DNA from: Coprobacillaceae bacterium
Lineage (GTDB): Bacteria; Bacillota_I; Bacilli_A; Erysipelotrichales; Coprobacillaceae
Assembly (NCBI GenBank): GCA_963675915.1
Contig: OY780959.1
Span: 1,530,001 to 1,562,000 of the forward strand
Direction: 5' to 3'
DNA length: 32,000 nt
In this document: positions 16,638-27,587 of the stretch, piece after piece
Numbering within the stretch: position 1 is the first letter of the stretch
How the letters are laid out: each line of letters opens with the position of its first letter
Position numbers and translations under genes: made by a program
The notes under the pieces: generated by a model
Seen by the model: the letters and a program-made list of their open reading frames with translations, nothing else
The model's database searches: none
What the model was told of the DNA's origin: nothing

Positions 16638-16666
16638 AATCTTGTTTTCTCCTGTTATCTTTTCTA

Positions 16667-16922
16667 GAAATAAAAAAGACTCGTCCCTATAAAGGGCGAG
16701 TCATCGCGTTACCACCTTTGTTTATCACCGCATCACTACGGCAACCTCTTCAAGTACTATCATACTCACATAATATAACGGTTATAACCGGAGAAGTCTA
16801 CTTTATTTCAACCCTCTGCTCCAAGATGAATTCACTAACTTTCAGTATATCTTATTCCACCAACCTAAGACTCTCTGGATACGTTCACTTAGCTACTAGT
16901 TCTCTTCATCGCATTTATTTCA
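16667..16922 (-). promoter_or_regulatory. T-box riboswitch leader with a Phe (UUC) specifier and an intrinsic terminator
   Basis: Minus-strand elements, in order:
- Stem I base and K-turn: TGCGATGAAGAGAACTAGTA.
- AG box: AGAGAGTC.
- Distal loop: GGTTGGTGGAA.
- Specifier loop: GAA-TTC-A (specifier at 16830-16828).
- T-box: AAAGGTGGTAACGCG (16719-16705).
- Terminator: GACTCGCCCTTTATAGGGACGAGTC followed by TTTTTTATTT (16702-16667). Confidence 0.85.
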
Positions 16923-16928
16923 TAACAT

Positions 16929-16957
16929 ATGTTATCTAATAATTCGTCCTTTGTCAA
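16929..16957 (-). promoter_or_regulatory. sigma-A-type promoter of the T-box/aro operon
   Basis: On the minus strand: TTGACA (16957-16952), a 17-nt spacer, then TAACAT (16934-16929). Confidence 0.5.
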
Positions 16958-17057
16958 CTATTTTTATTTTTTTTAGCGTTTTTCTAAAAAACTCCCGTTT
17001 TAGCGCCTAACTGCATGTAGAAAGCTCCCTCACCACTTCGTAATTACCCTAATTTTA

Positions 17058-17090
17058 ACCAAAGAAAAGATATTGCCTAGACAATATCTT
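17058..17090 (-). terminator. rho-independent terminator after the AI-2E transporter gene
   Basis: AAGATATTG (17067-17075) pairs with CAATATCTT (17082-17090), spanning the stop codon. It is followed on the minus strand by TTTTCTTT. Confidence 0.6.
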
Positions 17091-18267
17091 CGTTGTTATT
17101 TTCAACCGTCTCATCCGCTCCGGTTTCAAACCGGCTCTTATAACCCTCAAATTTGACCGGATCGATCTTGAGCTCCCGATGGCGCGAATTAACATACTTT
17201 TTCACCACCGCATAAATGACCGAGACAGTTGGTATCATCAAAAAGATTCCCAAAATTCCCATCAGCGATCCCCCAAGCACTACGGAAGCAAAAGTCCAGA
17301 TTGACGGAAGCCCGACTGAATTCCCGACCACATTGGGATAAATCAGATTACCTTCGATTTGTTGCAGGATGATGTAGATGATAATGAAATAAAACGCCTG
17401 CGTCGGATTCACCAATAAAATCAGGAAGAACCCGATGACAAAACTGATGAACGCTCCCACTATCGGAATCAGCGCCATCACTGATACAAGCGATCCCACC
17501 AGCATCGCATACGGCATCGAAAATACCGTCATTGTAATGGTGAACATCATTCCCAGTATTATAGCCTCAAGACACTGACCGGTGATAAAATTCGAAAAAG
17601 TGCGATTGGACAGATTGGCAATATCCAGTCCAACATCAACATGATGTTCCGGAAAGATCGAGTACAGGAGTTTGCGCAGTTGGCGCAAAAGTTTCTCTTT
17701 GAAGAAGATCAGATAGACTGCGAAGAACAGTCCGATGAAAAATGATGAGATCCCGCCCAACGCCTTTAAAGCATATGGCGTGATATTGCTGAACCAGGTA
17801 TCATAATTTTCCTGGATTGCAGCAAAAATCTGATCATAATCAATGTAGAATTCAGGCACCGAGATATTGAAGAAATCGAAATCAGCCTGATGATTGATAA
17901 TGAAATTATTGATTGTTTCGTCCAGATTCTGGATATTTTTAACCAACTCACCGATTGAATGGGCTAAATTGGGAATAACATTGAATAAGACAAATGTCAA
18001 AACCCCAACTATCCCCACCAAAGTGATAAAAAACGAAATGAGCCGATATTTTCTGGTGAACCGTTTTTTAACCCGTTTTTCGATGATTACCATGAACACG
18101 TTGAAGAAATAGGCAATTCCGATTCCGACCAAGAACGGATTGAAAATGTCGATGAACTCATTGAGATATTTGAAAAACTGTCCGAAGTTGAAAATTATCG
18201 CTGTGATTACCACCATTATTGTAAACACCCCGATAAATTTTGCAACAGATTTAGCATTCACATCCAT
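17077..18267 (-). CDS. AI-2E family transporter (PerM/YdiK-like, UPF0118)
   Basis: Polytopic membrane protein with the C-terminal conserved region QQIEGNLIYPNVVG. The start is refined from the GTG at 18294 to the ATG at 18267, 6 nt after AAGGAG. Confidence 0.85.
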   Translation of the reverse strand: MDVNAKSVAKFIGVFTIMVVITAIIFNFGQFFKYLNEFIDIFNPFLVGIGIAYFFNVFMVIIEKRVKKRFTRKYRLISFFITLVGIVGVLTFVLFNVIPNLAHSIGELVKNIQNLDETINNFIINHQADFDFFNISVPEFYIDYDQIFAAIQENYDTWFSNITPYALKALGGISSFFIGLFFAVYLIFFKEKLLRQLRKLLYSIFPEHHVDVGLDIANLSNRTFSNFITGQCLEAIILGMMFTITMTVFSMPYAMLVGSLVSVMALIPIVGAFISFVIGFFLILLVNPTQAFYFIIIYIILQQIEGNLIYPNVVGNSVGLPSIWTFASVVLGGSLMGILGIFLMIPTVSVIYAVVKKYVNSRHRELKIDPVKFEGYKSRFETGADETVENNNEDIV

Positions 18268-18367
18268 AAGCTTCTCCTTTTCTTCATTATACACCTAATT
18301 TACCTGATGTCCACGAGATAAGCATTCAAAAAGACCCTGGAATGTTTCCAACGTCCATAATTGAAAA

Positions 18368-19651
18368 TTATTGTTCCGGCTCTTTGACAAAGAAAAGTAC
18401 CAGGCCTCCGGCCAGCAAAATCGGAATCAAAGCGATTATTCCCAAACTGGCACTGCCGGTAATGGTAACCACAACCGAAATGGCCAATGGTCCCAAAATT
18501 GCCGAAAACTTCGAGAATATCGAGAAGAACCCAAAGTACTCATTGGTATCTTTCTTATCGGGAATCAACTTGGCAAAAAATGACCGGGAAATTGCCTGAA
18601 TCCCCCCTTGGAACAATCCGACGATGAAACCCAATACCCAAAGCATGTTCGGATTGGCTTCCAGCGACGAACCGACGAAAATCACCACAAAATAGCCGGC
18701 AATACCGACAAACAGCAGTCTTTTGTCGCCAAAACGGTTAGCTAGAGCCCCATATCCAATTGCCGAAGGAAAAGCTACGAATTGGGCCAGGATGATAACC
18801 CCCAATGAAGCTGCCGGTGATATTCCCATATCAGTGGCCAAAGCGACTGCCATTTTAATTACCGAATTTACCACATCGATATAGAAGAAATATGCCAGAC
18901 AGAACAGGAAGACATTGCGATGTTTTTGAATATTCCTGAAGGTATTGCCAAGACGGACAAACGACTTAAGGATAACCTGTTTTTCGCGGTTGCGGTAGTA
19001 GCGTTGATTGACATTGCGGATAATCGGCAATGAAAGAATCAACCACCAGATTGCCGCAAAAATCATTGACAGCGACATTGCGTAACGATACGTCAGGACA
19101 AAGCCCCCAAGATTCAACGAATTGCTTTCACCGCCAAACAAGGTCACAGCCGCAAATGGAATTACAAATACCAGAAAAGGCAACACCGATCCGATATAGC
19201 CCCAACCATATCCGGCCGAAGAAATCTTGTTCAGTCTCGACTCACTGGTGACATCCACCAGAAAAGCATCATATAAAACATTAGCGCCACTGTATCCGAT
19301 CATTGTAAAAATATATATTATGGTCGCCTGGATATCACTCAGACTCGGAATAGTCATGACGAATCCTCCGAAAAGCCCCAAAGTCAAAAAGAATTTGAAC
19401 ATCCGCTTCTTGTAACCCTGATAATCAGCCACAGTTCCCAATATCGGTGCCAGCACCGCCAACACCAAAGCATAGATCGTATTGGCCCAACCGACATATA
19501 TCGATCCCTGATCGGTGGAAATATAACTCATCATCAACGGAAAAATTACCGTTGTGGTCATTAAAATAAACTCTGAATTGGCTATATCGTAAAAAATCCA
19601 GCTTGCTTCTTTGCGCGTGTAGCCAAATTTTCTCTCAATAAAATCATACAT
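18368..19651 (-). CDS. MFS transporter, UMF1/Atg22-like family
   Basis: About 12-TM protein. The N-terminus MYDFIERKFGYTRKEASWIFYDIANSEF is typical of UMF1. The ATG at 19651 lies 8 nt after AGGGGG and is preferred over the GTG at 19660. Confidence 0.8.
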   Translation of the reverse strand: MYDFIERKFGYTRKEASWIFYDIANSEFILMTTTVIFPLMMSYISTDQGSIYVGWANTIYALVLAVLAPILGTVADYQGYKKRMFKFFLTLGLFGGFVMTIPSLSDIQATIIYIFTMIGYSGANVLYDAFLVDVTSESRLNKISSAGYGWGYIGSVLPFLVFVIPFAAVTLFGGESNSLNLGGFVLTYRYAMSLSMIFAAIWWLILSLPIIRNVNQRYYRNREKQVILKSFVRLGNTFRNIQKHRNVFLFCLAYFFYIDVVNSVIKMAVALATDMGISPAASLGVIILAQFVAFPSAIGYGALANRFGDKRLLFVGIAGYFVVIFVGSSLEANPNMLWVLGFIVGLFQGGIQAISRSFFAKLIPDKKDTNEYFGFFSIFSKFSAILGPLAISVVVTITGSASLGIIALIPILLAGGLVLFFVKEPEQ

Positions 19652-19670
19652 ACCTGTCACCCCCTGGAGC

Positions 19671-19679
19671 CATTATATC
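19671..19679 (-). promoter_or_regulatory. extended -10 promoter (TGATATAAT) for the MFS gene
   Basis: The minus strand reads TGATATAAT, about 20 nt upstream of the RBS. Confidence 0.45.
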
Positions 19680-19734
19680 ATAGATGGGCTCAATAAATAA
19701 TCCGATGATGCCACTTTACCTAATCTTTACCAAA

Positions 19735-19762
19735 ACATAAAAAGCGGGTTATCCCGCTTTGG
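19735..19762 (-). terminator. rho-independent terminator after the ROK gene
   Basis: AAAGCGGG (19741-19748) pairs with CCCGCTTT (19753-19760), overlapping the stop codon. It is followed by TTTTATGTTTT on the minus strand. Confidence 0.65.
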
Positions 19763-20648
19763 TGAAAACGAGACAAGCCCCGCCAAGAAGACCGCTGTCT
19801 TCACTAAGATTTGATTTAACAACTTCAATCTGGTCTTTTAGACCTGGGAAGATTTTTTCTTTGACCCTATTGTTCACCTCTTCGACAAACCCATCTATTT
19901 TCAAGGCTACCGAACCACCCAAAATGATTATTTCCGGATCGGTAATTGCAATCAGAGTCGCGATACCATTAGCCAGATATTCTTTGGCATCATCCATAAT
20001 CGATGCGGCAAAATTATTTCCAGCCACCGCCAGATCATTGACCTCACCGGCATGTTTGACATTGAGTCCGGCTTTCAAAGCCCGGTTGGTGATTGCCGTA
20101 CCAGAACAGATAGCTTCAATACCACCTGGCAGGATCGAACCGTGTTGCGGCCCGTCACGCCATAAAATCATATTGGCAACTTCATGGGCATAACCATGGG
20201 CTCCGATATAAATTTCCTTGTCGATTACCTGACCGGAACCCAGCCCAGTGGAGATAGTCAAAAACTGCACATAACGTTTGTCTTTCCCTAATCCGATAAC
20301 TGCTTCTGCCAAAGCCGCCAGATTGGCATCATTTTGAAGATAAACCGGCAAATCGGTTTTTTGCGCCAGCGCCTTTTCGATTTCAAAGCCATGCCATTTA
20401 CCATGGAGGTTTGGCGTATCGAGCACGATTCCATTGATCAAATCCAGAGGTCCCGGACATGAAAGCCCAATCCCTTCAACCGCAACGTCGAAACCGTTGA
20501 TTACATCGGCAATCTTGGAAATTGTCGCATCAGGATCCGATTCAAAAGTCGGGAATTGAATTCTCTCGATAATATTATAGTTATCATCAACCAAAGCTAC
20601 GCGGGAATTAGTTCCGCCGATATCAATTGCAACTGCATACTTCATCAT
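19749..20648 (-). CDS. ROK-family sugar kinase-like protein
   Basis: 299 aa with the N-terminal ATPase motif AIDIGGTNSRVALV, plus NDANLAALAE and TISTGLGSG motifs. TAATG overlaps the upstream gene. Confidence 0.85.
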   Translation of the reverse strand: MMKYAVAIDIGGTNSRVALVDDNYNIIERIQFPTFESDPDATISKIADVINGFDVAVEGIGLSCPGPLDLINGIVLDTPNLHGKWHGFEIEKALAQKTDLPVYLQNDANLAALAEAVIGLGKDKRYVQFLTISTGLGSGQVIDKEIYIGAHGYAHEVANMILWRDGPQHGSILPGGIEAICSGTAITNRALKAGLNVKHAGEVNDLAVAGNNFAASIMDDAKEYLANGIATLIAITDPEIIILGGSVALKIDGFVEEVNNRVKEKIFPGLKDQIEVVKSNLSEDSGLLGGACLVFTKAG

Positions 20649-21457
20649 TAATTTTCTCCTTTTATAATATTCTGACTATTTATATAAAAATTCACTTGAG
20701 AGAGATCCAGCAAATTTAAATATTTTCTTTCTTTTGGCAGCCATTTTTCATCATAGGCGGCCATACTTTCTTCAGACTCCCGTTTCAGGAGTCGTTCCTT
20801 TTGATTTTGCGGACTGAGGGTCAGCAAAATAGAGTAGTCAATGTATTTTTTGAATTCATCAAGCAATGAATAGGTCCCCTCGAGAATGATGATTCCTTGT
20901 TTGGGATAGTTCTTGCCAGCTGTAAGGATCTGGGTTTCACAATCGAACTTGTTTGCGATTATTTCATCACTGGTGAACACCTCTTCAATCAGGCGTTCCA
21001 CATCAATATTGCCACCGATTTCCTCGTCAAGTTCCTCGGTATATTTTTCCTTTGGCAGGAAATAATCATCCATATGCAAAACGATCCCATTAAAGAAACG
21101 CTTGAGCAATTTGGCCAAATATGTCTTTCCGGCACAACAGTTGCCATCTATCGCCACCAAAAGGTAGTTGTTGTAATCCTGATGCTCGATTTTATCTGTA
21201 AGAATCATATAGAGCAAAAACTCATATTTAATCAGGAAATACTCGTGACCGAATCCAAGATTGACCGGATCGCATCCTTGCGCCTCGCAGATTTCATACA
21301 ACGTCTGTTGGGCCAGTTCAATCAGCAGTTCCCGGGTATTCTCCTTGAGGTTATCAGTGGAGATGGCCACAAATTCCCCCTCGACATTGAAAGGAAGATC
21401 ATGAATTTCCAGATATCCTTTTAAAAAATCTTTATCAATAATCCGTGTCTTGTACAT
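20648..21457 (-). CDS. P-loop nucleoside/nucleotide kinase-like protein (uridine kinase/PRK superfamily) with an unassigned N-terminal domain
   Basis: Walker A AIDGNCCAGKTYLA and HMDDYF, as in uridine-kinase-like proteins. The first ~95 residues have no motif I recognise. The ATG at 21457 lies 6 nt after AGAGGGG. Confidence 0.6.
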   Translation of the reverse strand: MYKTRIIDKDFLKGYLEIHDLPFNVEGEFVAISTDNLKENTRELLIELAQQTLYEICEAQGCDPVNLGFGHEYFLIKYEFLLYMILTDKIEHQDYNNYLLVAIDGNCCAGKTYLAKLLKRFFNGIVLHMDDYFLPKEKYTEELDEEIGGNIDVERLIEEVFTSDEIIANKFDCETQILTAGKNYPKQGIIILEGTYSLLDEFKKYIDYSILLTLSPQNQKERLLKRESEESMAAYDEKWLPKERKYLNLLDLSQVNFYINSQNIIKGEN

Positions 21458-21516
21458 CAAAAGCCCCTCTTTATCGAAATTTCCGGCTACTTCGAGTTAT
21501 GTAACCGATTGCTTTT

Positions 21517-21525
21517 ATTATACCA
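21517..21525 (-). promoter_or_regulatory. extended -10 promoter (TGGTATAAT) for the kinase-like/ROK operon
   Basis: The minus strand reads TGGTATAAT, with TTTCAA 16 nt upstream. Confidence 0.5.
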
Positions 21526-21573
21526 TAAATCAAATTAATTGAAATATTCGATTGTGACTTTTTGATGTTGCAT

Positions 21574-21602
21574 CAAAAAAAGCCAATCACTTCAGATCGG
21601 CT
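21574..21602 (-). terminator. rho-independent terminator after the RpiR gene at 21651
   Basis: On the minus strand: AGCCGATC, loop TGAAGT, GATTGGCT (one G-U pair), then TTTTTTT. Confidence 0.65.
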
Positions 21603-21650
21603 TTGAAATTAGCGGTTATGCCCGGCTGGCAACCAGTTAAGTTTATCAAA

Positions 21651-22376
21651 TCAGGCAAACCCCAATTTCTCGATTTCTTTGGACAGTGATTCAAAGATAT
21701 ATATCACCGGCACTTGAGTGGCGGTGGAATAGAAATAGCGGTCTTGATTGGTGGGCACGTAATAGCTGATCACTTCATCGGCCAATTTCGCAGCGGTGGT
21801 ATTCTCGCTGTTGGTAATCACAATCACCTTGATGCCGCATTTTTTCATCTCGAGAATCTGACTGTTGATCTCCTTGGTCTCCCCACTGACAGTCAGGACT
21901 ATCACGCACGTATTCTTATCATAGACATTGAAGCGATGCGAAAAATCATTCACGACATAACTGCGCATTCCTTTCCGGTTGAACAGGTATGAACCGTACT
22001 CGGCCATGGCTCCCGACAGGGCAATCCCGAAAAAAATCACTTCGTGACTTTTTGCCATTATCTCGGCGACCTTTTTGATTGGGATTTGGGATTCTTCATT
22101 ATTTATTTTATTGAAATAGTTGATCAGATAGTTCAGATCGGTATCCTGTTTGAATTGTTCCTGGGAATTTTCAAAACGAAGTTCAACCTTGAACTGACCA
22201 TATCCGTCATAACCAAGTTTCTGACAGACTCTGGTAATCATCGAAGATGACACATGAAGGATATCCGCGATATCTTTGAGCTTCAATTTATCCACTTTGG
22301 TTGGGTTGTTGATGAGATAATTGTAAATCTCATATTCCAAATCATTCAGTTGTTTTATTTTATCTATAGTTATCAT
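21651..22376 (-). CDS. MurR/RpiR-family transcriptional regulator (HTH_6 + SIS domain)
   Basis: 241 aa with an N-terminal HTH (LKDIADILHVSSSMITRVCQKLGYDGY) and a SIS domain (IFFGIALSG...VLTVSGETKE). Confidence 0.9.
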   Translation of the reverse strand: MITIDKIKQLNDLEYEIYNYLINNPTKVDKLKLKDIADILHVSSSMITRVCQKLGYDGYGQFKVELRFENSQEQFKQDTDLNYLINYFNKINNEESQIPIKKVAEIMAKSHEVIFFGIALSGAMAEYGSYLFNRKGMRSYVVNDFSHRFNVYDKNTCVIVLTVSGETKEINSQILEMKKCGIKVIVITNSENTTAAKLADEVISYYVPTNQDRYFYSTATQVPVIYIFESLSKEIEKLGFA

Positions 22377-22400
22377 TTTATCACCACTGACAATTCTAGC

Positions 22401-22433
22401 ATAAAAAAACGGATAAAAATAGATTATCCGTTT
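22401..22433 (-). terminator. rho-independent terminator after the RDD gene
   Basis: AAACGGATAA (22407-22416) pairs with TTATCCGTTT (22424-22433). It is followed by TTTTTT on the minus strand. Confidence 0.7.
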
Positions 22434-23071
22434 GAAAGTTTCACTTCCCGTTTGATTCTTTTTTTGATTTTTTTAGCTTTGTTGGAATATTTGATCGAAT
22501 CCAAATAAACAACTCTGGTTCCGCTTAAAACATCGTGGAGCGCCCTTTTGGACTTTGATATAATCACCAATAAAATCGATACAGCTGTTATCGATAAACC
22601 GATGTAGGAATACACTCCCGAAAAGTTGACTCCGGAGATGATATTGATCAATTGATGAAGCATGTTGGAACTTCCATAGACACTTCCCTCTATCAACAAT
22701 ATCATCACCAATTGTCTGAAAATCAGCTGCTTGCCATTGACGTCCTGGCAATCATCCTGAACAATTTTGAGCTTAAGCAGTTTCTTCCCAACTGTTTGCC
22801 CGGGGAAGACGAAAACTGGAATTGCAACATAATAGAATACAGCTACCATAAAAGACAATGCGCCAGCTGAAATATTATAGGGATGGGTGAATATCGAAAG
22901 ATTCTGAGGAATGATAGTCGCTTCATCATTCAAGATCATATAGATCAGGATAACCGGTAACGACGCCAGCACCCCTCCGACATACCAGTCAAAACCATAC
23001 GCAATCAAGCGCCTTAGGTAACTCACATCATTTATTCCTTCTTTATCCAGCTTTTGCATTGCTTCTTTCAT
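22424..23071 (-). CDS. RDD-family membrane protein
   Basis: 215 aa with RRLIAYGFDWYVGG, GQTVGKKLLKLKIV and ALHDVLSGTRVV, which are typical RDD-domain features. It has 3-4 TM helices. Confidence 0.8.
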   Translation of the reverse strand: MKEAMQKLDKEGINDVSYLRRLIAYGFDWYVGGVLASLPVILIYMILNDEATIIPQNLSIFTHPYNISAGALSFMVAVFYYVAIPVFVFPGQTVGKKLLKLKIVQDDCQDVNGKQLIFRQLVMILLIEGSVYGSSNMLHQLINIISGVNFSGVYSYIGLSITAVSILLVIISKSKRALHDVLSGTRVVYLDSIKYSNKAKKIKKRIKREVKLSNG

Positions 23072-23089
23072 AATTATCCTCTACTCTCT

Positions 23090-25887
<2,798 letters not shown>

Positions 25888-26040
25888 AAATTTCTCCTCT
25901 ATTGTTTTTTTGTTTGGCCAAACTTCCGACAAGTAATGAAAGCATTTTCTTATCTAGGACTAGTATACAACTTTTGAAAAATTTTTAAATATCATAGCGC
26001 TTTCTTTAATCGGGAATCATTTTTTGAATATTGTTACCAT

Positions 26041-26070
26041 AAAAAAACAATGTGTTTTTTAGACACATTG
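26041..26070 (-). terminator. rho-independent terminator after the RpiR gene at 26059
   Basis: On the minus strand: CAATGTGT, loop, ACACATTG, then TTTTTTT. It overlaps the stop codon. Confidence 0.65.
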
Positions 26071-26766
26071 CGCAAGATTCTCGATTATTCCAATAACCGG
26101 AATTTGGGAAGTCATATCAAAATGCTTGGTCCCGTTTTTATTGATATAGTATGAAATGGATACATCCGCCAGTTTTGCAAGAGTGCACCTCTCACTGGTG
26201 GTGATTGCCATTATCTTGCAGCCCAGCTGCTTGCAGGAGATGACCGAATTGATAATCTCCTTTGTCTCCCCGGAAACCGACAAGACAATAATCAATGTAT
26301 CGCGATTCAACCCCCTAAGTTGCAAATAGGGATCGTTGATAGGCATTGCGAATTTCCCGGCACTCGTGAATCTTCTGGCCCCATAATGACAAATAGTACC
26401 TGAATTACCGACCCCCAGAAAGACAATATTGGTGGTGTTTTCGATATATTGGGCGGCTTCATCATATTTTTCAACATAATAAGGAAGACTGAGCTTATTC
26501 AAACAGTCAATCGCTTCGGCAAAGTCATAACTGTTTTCCCGCCCGGCCTCTTTAAGGTTGGCCTGTTTCAAGGCAAATTTGAATTCATTGTAATTTTGAT
26601 ATCCGGATTTTTTGACAAATCGCAAAACTGTTGTGGTTGAAACTTCAATCGCATTCGCCAATTCCCTGATTGTCATGAATGGGACGGTTTTGATATTCGA
26701 AATGACATATTCAAAAACCTTATGTTCAATCCCACTGAATTCTTTGACAATATTTTCTTCAAACAT
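26059..26766 (-). CDS. MurR/RpiR-family transcriptional regulator (HTH_6 + SIS domain)
   Basis: The start is refined to the ATG at 26766 (MFEENIVKEF...) after GGGGGAAG. The longer ORF would run into the tRNA terminator. HTH: IRELANAIEVSTTTVLRFVKKSGYQNY. SIS: VFLGVGNSG...VLSVSGETKE. Confidence 0.9.
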   Translation of the reverse strand: MFEENIVKEFSGIEHKVFEYVISNIKTVPFMTIRELANAIEVSTTTVLRFVKKSGYQNYNEFKFALKQANLKEAGRENSYDFAEAIDCLNKLSLPYYVEKYDEAAQYIENTTNIVFLGVGNSGTICHYGARRFTSAGKFAMPINDPYLQLRGLNRDTLIIVLSVSGETKEIINSVISCKQLGCKIMAITTSERCTLAKLADVSISYYINKNGTKHFDMTSQIPVIGIIENLAQCV

Positions 26767-26802
26767 ATCTTCCCCCTGCAAATCAATCCTTGTTTTTTTT
26801 AT

Positions 26803-26829
26803 AAAAAAAAACTGATAACTTAATATCAG
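26803..26829 (-). terminator. putative terminator downstream of tRNA-Leu
   Basis: On the minus strand: CTGATA, loop TTAAGT, TATCAG, then TTTTTTTT. The stem is short and AT-rich. Confidence 0.45.
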
Positions 26830-26842
26830 CATTACAGTAAAA

Positions 26843-26928
26843 TGGTGCCCGAAGCCGGACTCGAACCGGCATGATTATTCATCGCTTGATTTTGAGTCAA
26901 GTGCGTATACCAATTTCGCCACTCGGGC
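26843..26928 (-). tRNA. tRNA-Leu, anticodon CAA, type II with a long variable arm and encoded CCA
   Basis: The minus strand reads GCCCGAGTGGCGAAATTGGTATACGCACTTGACTCAAAATCAAGCGATGAATAATCATGCCGGTTCGAGTCCGGCTTCGGGCACCA. The parts are:
- 7-bp acceptor stem.
- Anticodon stem CTTGA/TCAAG with loop CTCAAAA.
- Variable arm AUGA/UCAU.
- T-arm GCCGG-TTCGAGT-CCGGC. Confidence 0.92.
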
Positions 26929-27040
26929 AACTATTCAGTTGGTACCGTTCGATTGGTACTTGCTTAGTATAAATTATATTCGAAATAAAATCAATACATA
27001 TTTTTCATTTTTTTCAAAAAATTTTTCCAGCCCATAACAA

Positions 27041-27069
27041 TTGCATTATTGTTAGAAACAGTCTATCAT
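27041..27069 (+). promoter_or_regulatory. sigma-A-type promoter for the orphan gene
   Basis: TTGCAT (27041-27046), a 17-nt spacer, then TATCAT (27064-27069). The RBS GAAGGGGG follows. Confidence 0.5.
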
Positions 27070-27094
27070 AGTACTTATTGAAGGGGGCACACAA

Positions 27095-27559
27095 ATGAAA
27101 ACAATACTGGACTTGGAAGAGTTACTGGCAATAATCGACAAAAGACAGCAGGAAACTGAATATTTTGTTCCGGCTCTGACTTTCTTCCACTGCGATAAGC
27201 TCAACATGATGGATATCTACGCCAAAATGAAGCGTACCTATGACAAGGTTAATTTTGCTTATGACACCAAAATCCTGCCCGGGAACTATCAATTGCTGGA
27301 TGTCAAAATCAATTACGGCCTGATGATCGGTCACCTGCTTATCGATGAAATCACCAAAATGATTTATATTGACATGGAATCATTTGGGATCACCAAGACC
27401 GGACAGCTGGGATTTGACAATGAGATTGTCGAACTTCCCAAAATCGGAACCAAACAGCTGGTAAAACACCAGGAGGGCAACCACTATCTGTTCTACACTG
27501 TGATCGACCGGATTGACCAGGATATCTGCGACATCCTCAACTACACCAAACTTAACTAA
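27095..27559 (+). CDS. hypothetical protein, 154 aa, no recognised domain
   Basis: It has a good RBS (GAAGGGGG, 7 nt spacing), its own promoter and terminator, and no competing ORF. It looks cytoplasmic and acidic, with no TM segment or signal peptide. Confidence 0.6.
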   Translation: MKTILDLEELLAIIDKRQQETEYFVPALTFFHCDKLNMMDIYAKMKRTYDKVNFAYDTKILPGNYQLLDVKINYGLMIGHLLIDEITKMIYIDMESFGITKTGQLGFDNEIVELPKIGTKQLVKHQEGNHYLFYTVIDRIDQDICDILNYTKLN

Positions 27560-27562
27560 ATA

Positions 27563-27587
27563 AAGGACACCCCGTCGGGTGTCCTTT
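27563..27587. terminator. bidirectional rho-independent terminator (orphan gene / tex)
   Basis: AAAGGACACCC-GTC-GGGTGTCCTTTT. Confidence 0.85.

Noticed and set aside
16718-16939. 73-aa plus-strand ORF between aroF and the AI-2E gene
   Set aside because: The region is fully explained by the minus-strand T-box leader and its promoter.
18300-18367. Terminator after the MFS gene (GACGTTGGAA-ACA-TTCCAGGGTC followed by TTTTT on the minus strand)
   Set aside because: The stem has a mismatch and a wobble pair. It is plausible but too weak to list as a feature.
26767-27094. Integrated element or prophage remnant at tRNA-Leu
   Set aside because: There is no integrase or recombinase gene. I also could not find a duplicated copy of the tRNA 3' end (attL/attR-type repeat) by eye. 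The flanking genes are ordinary metabolic genes.
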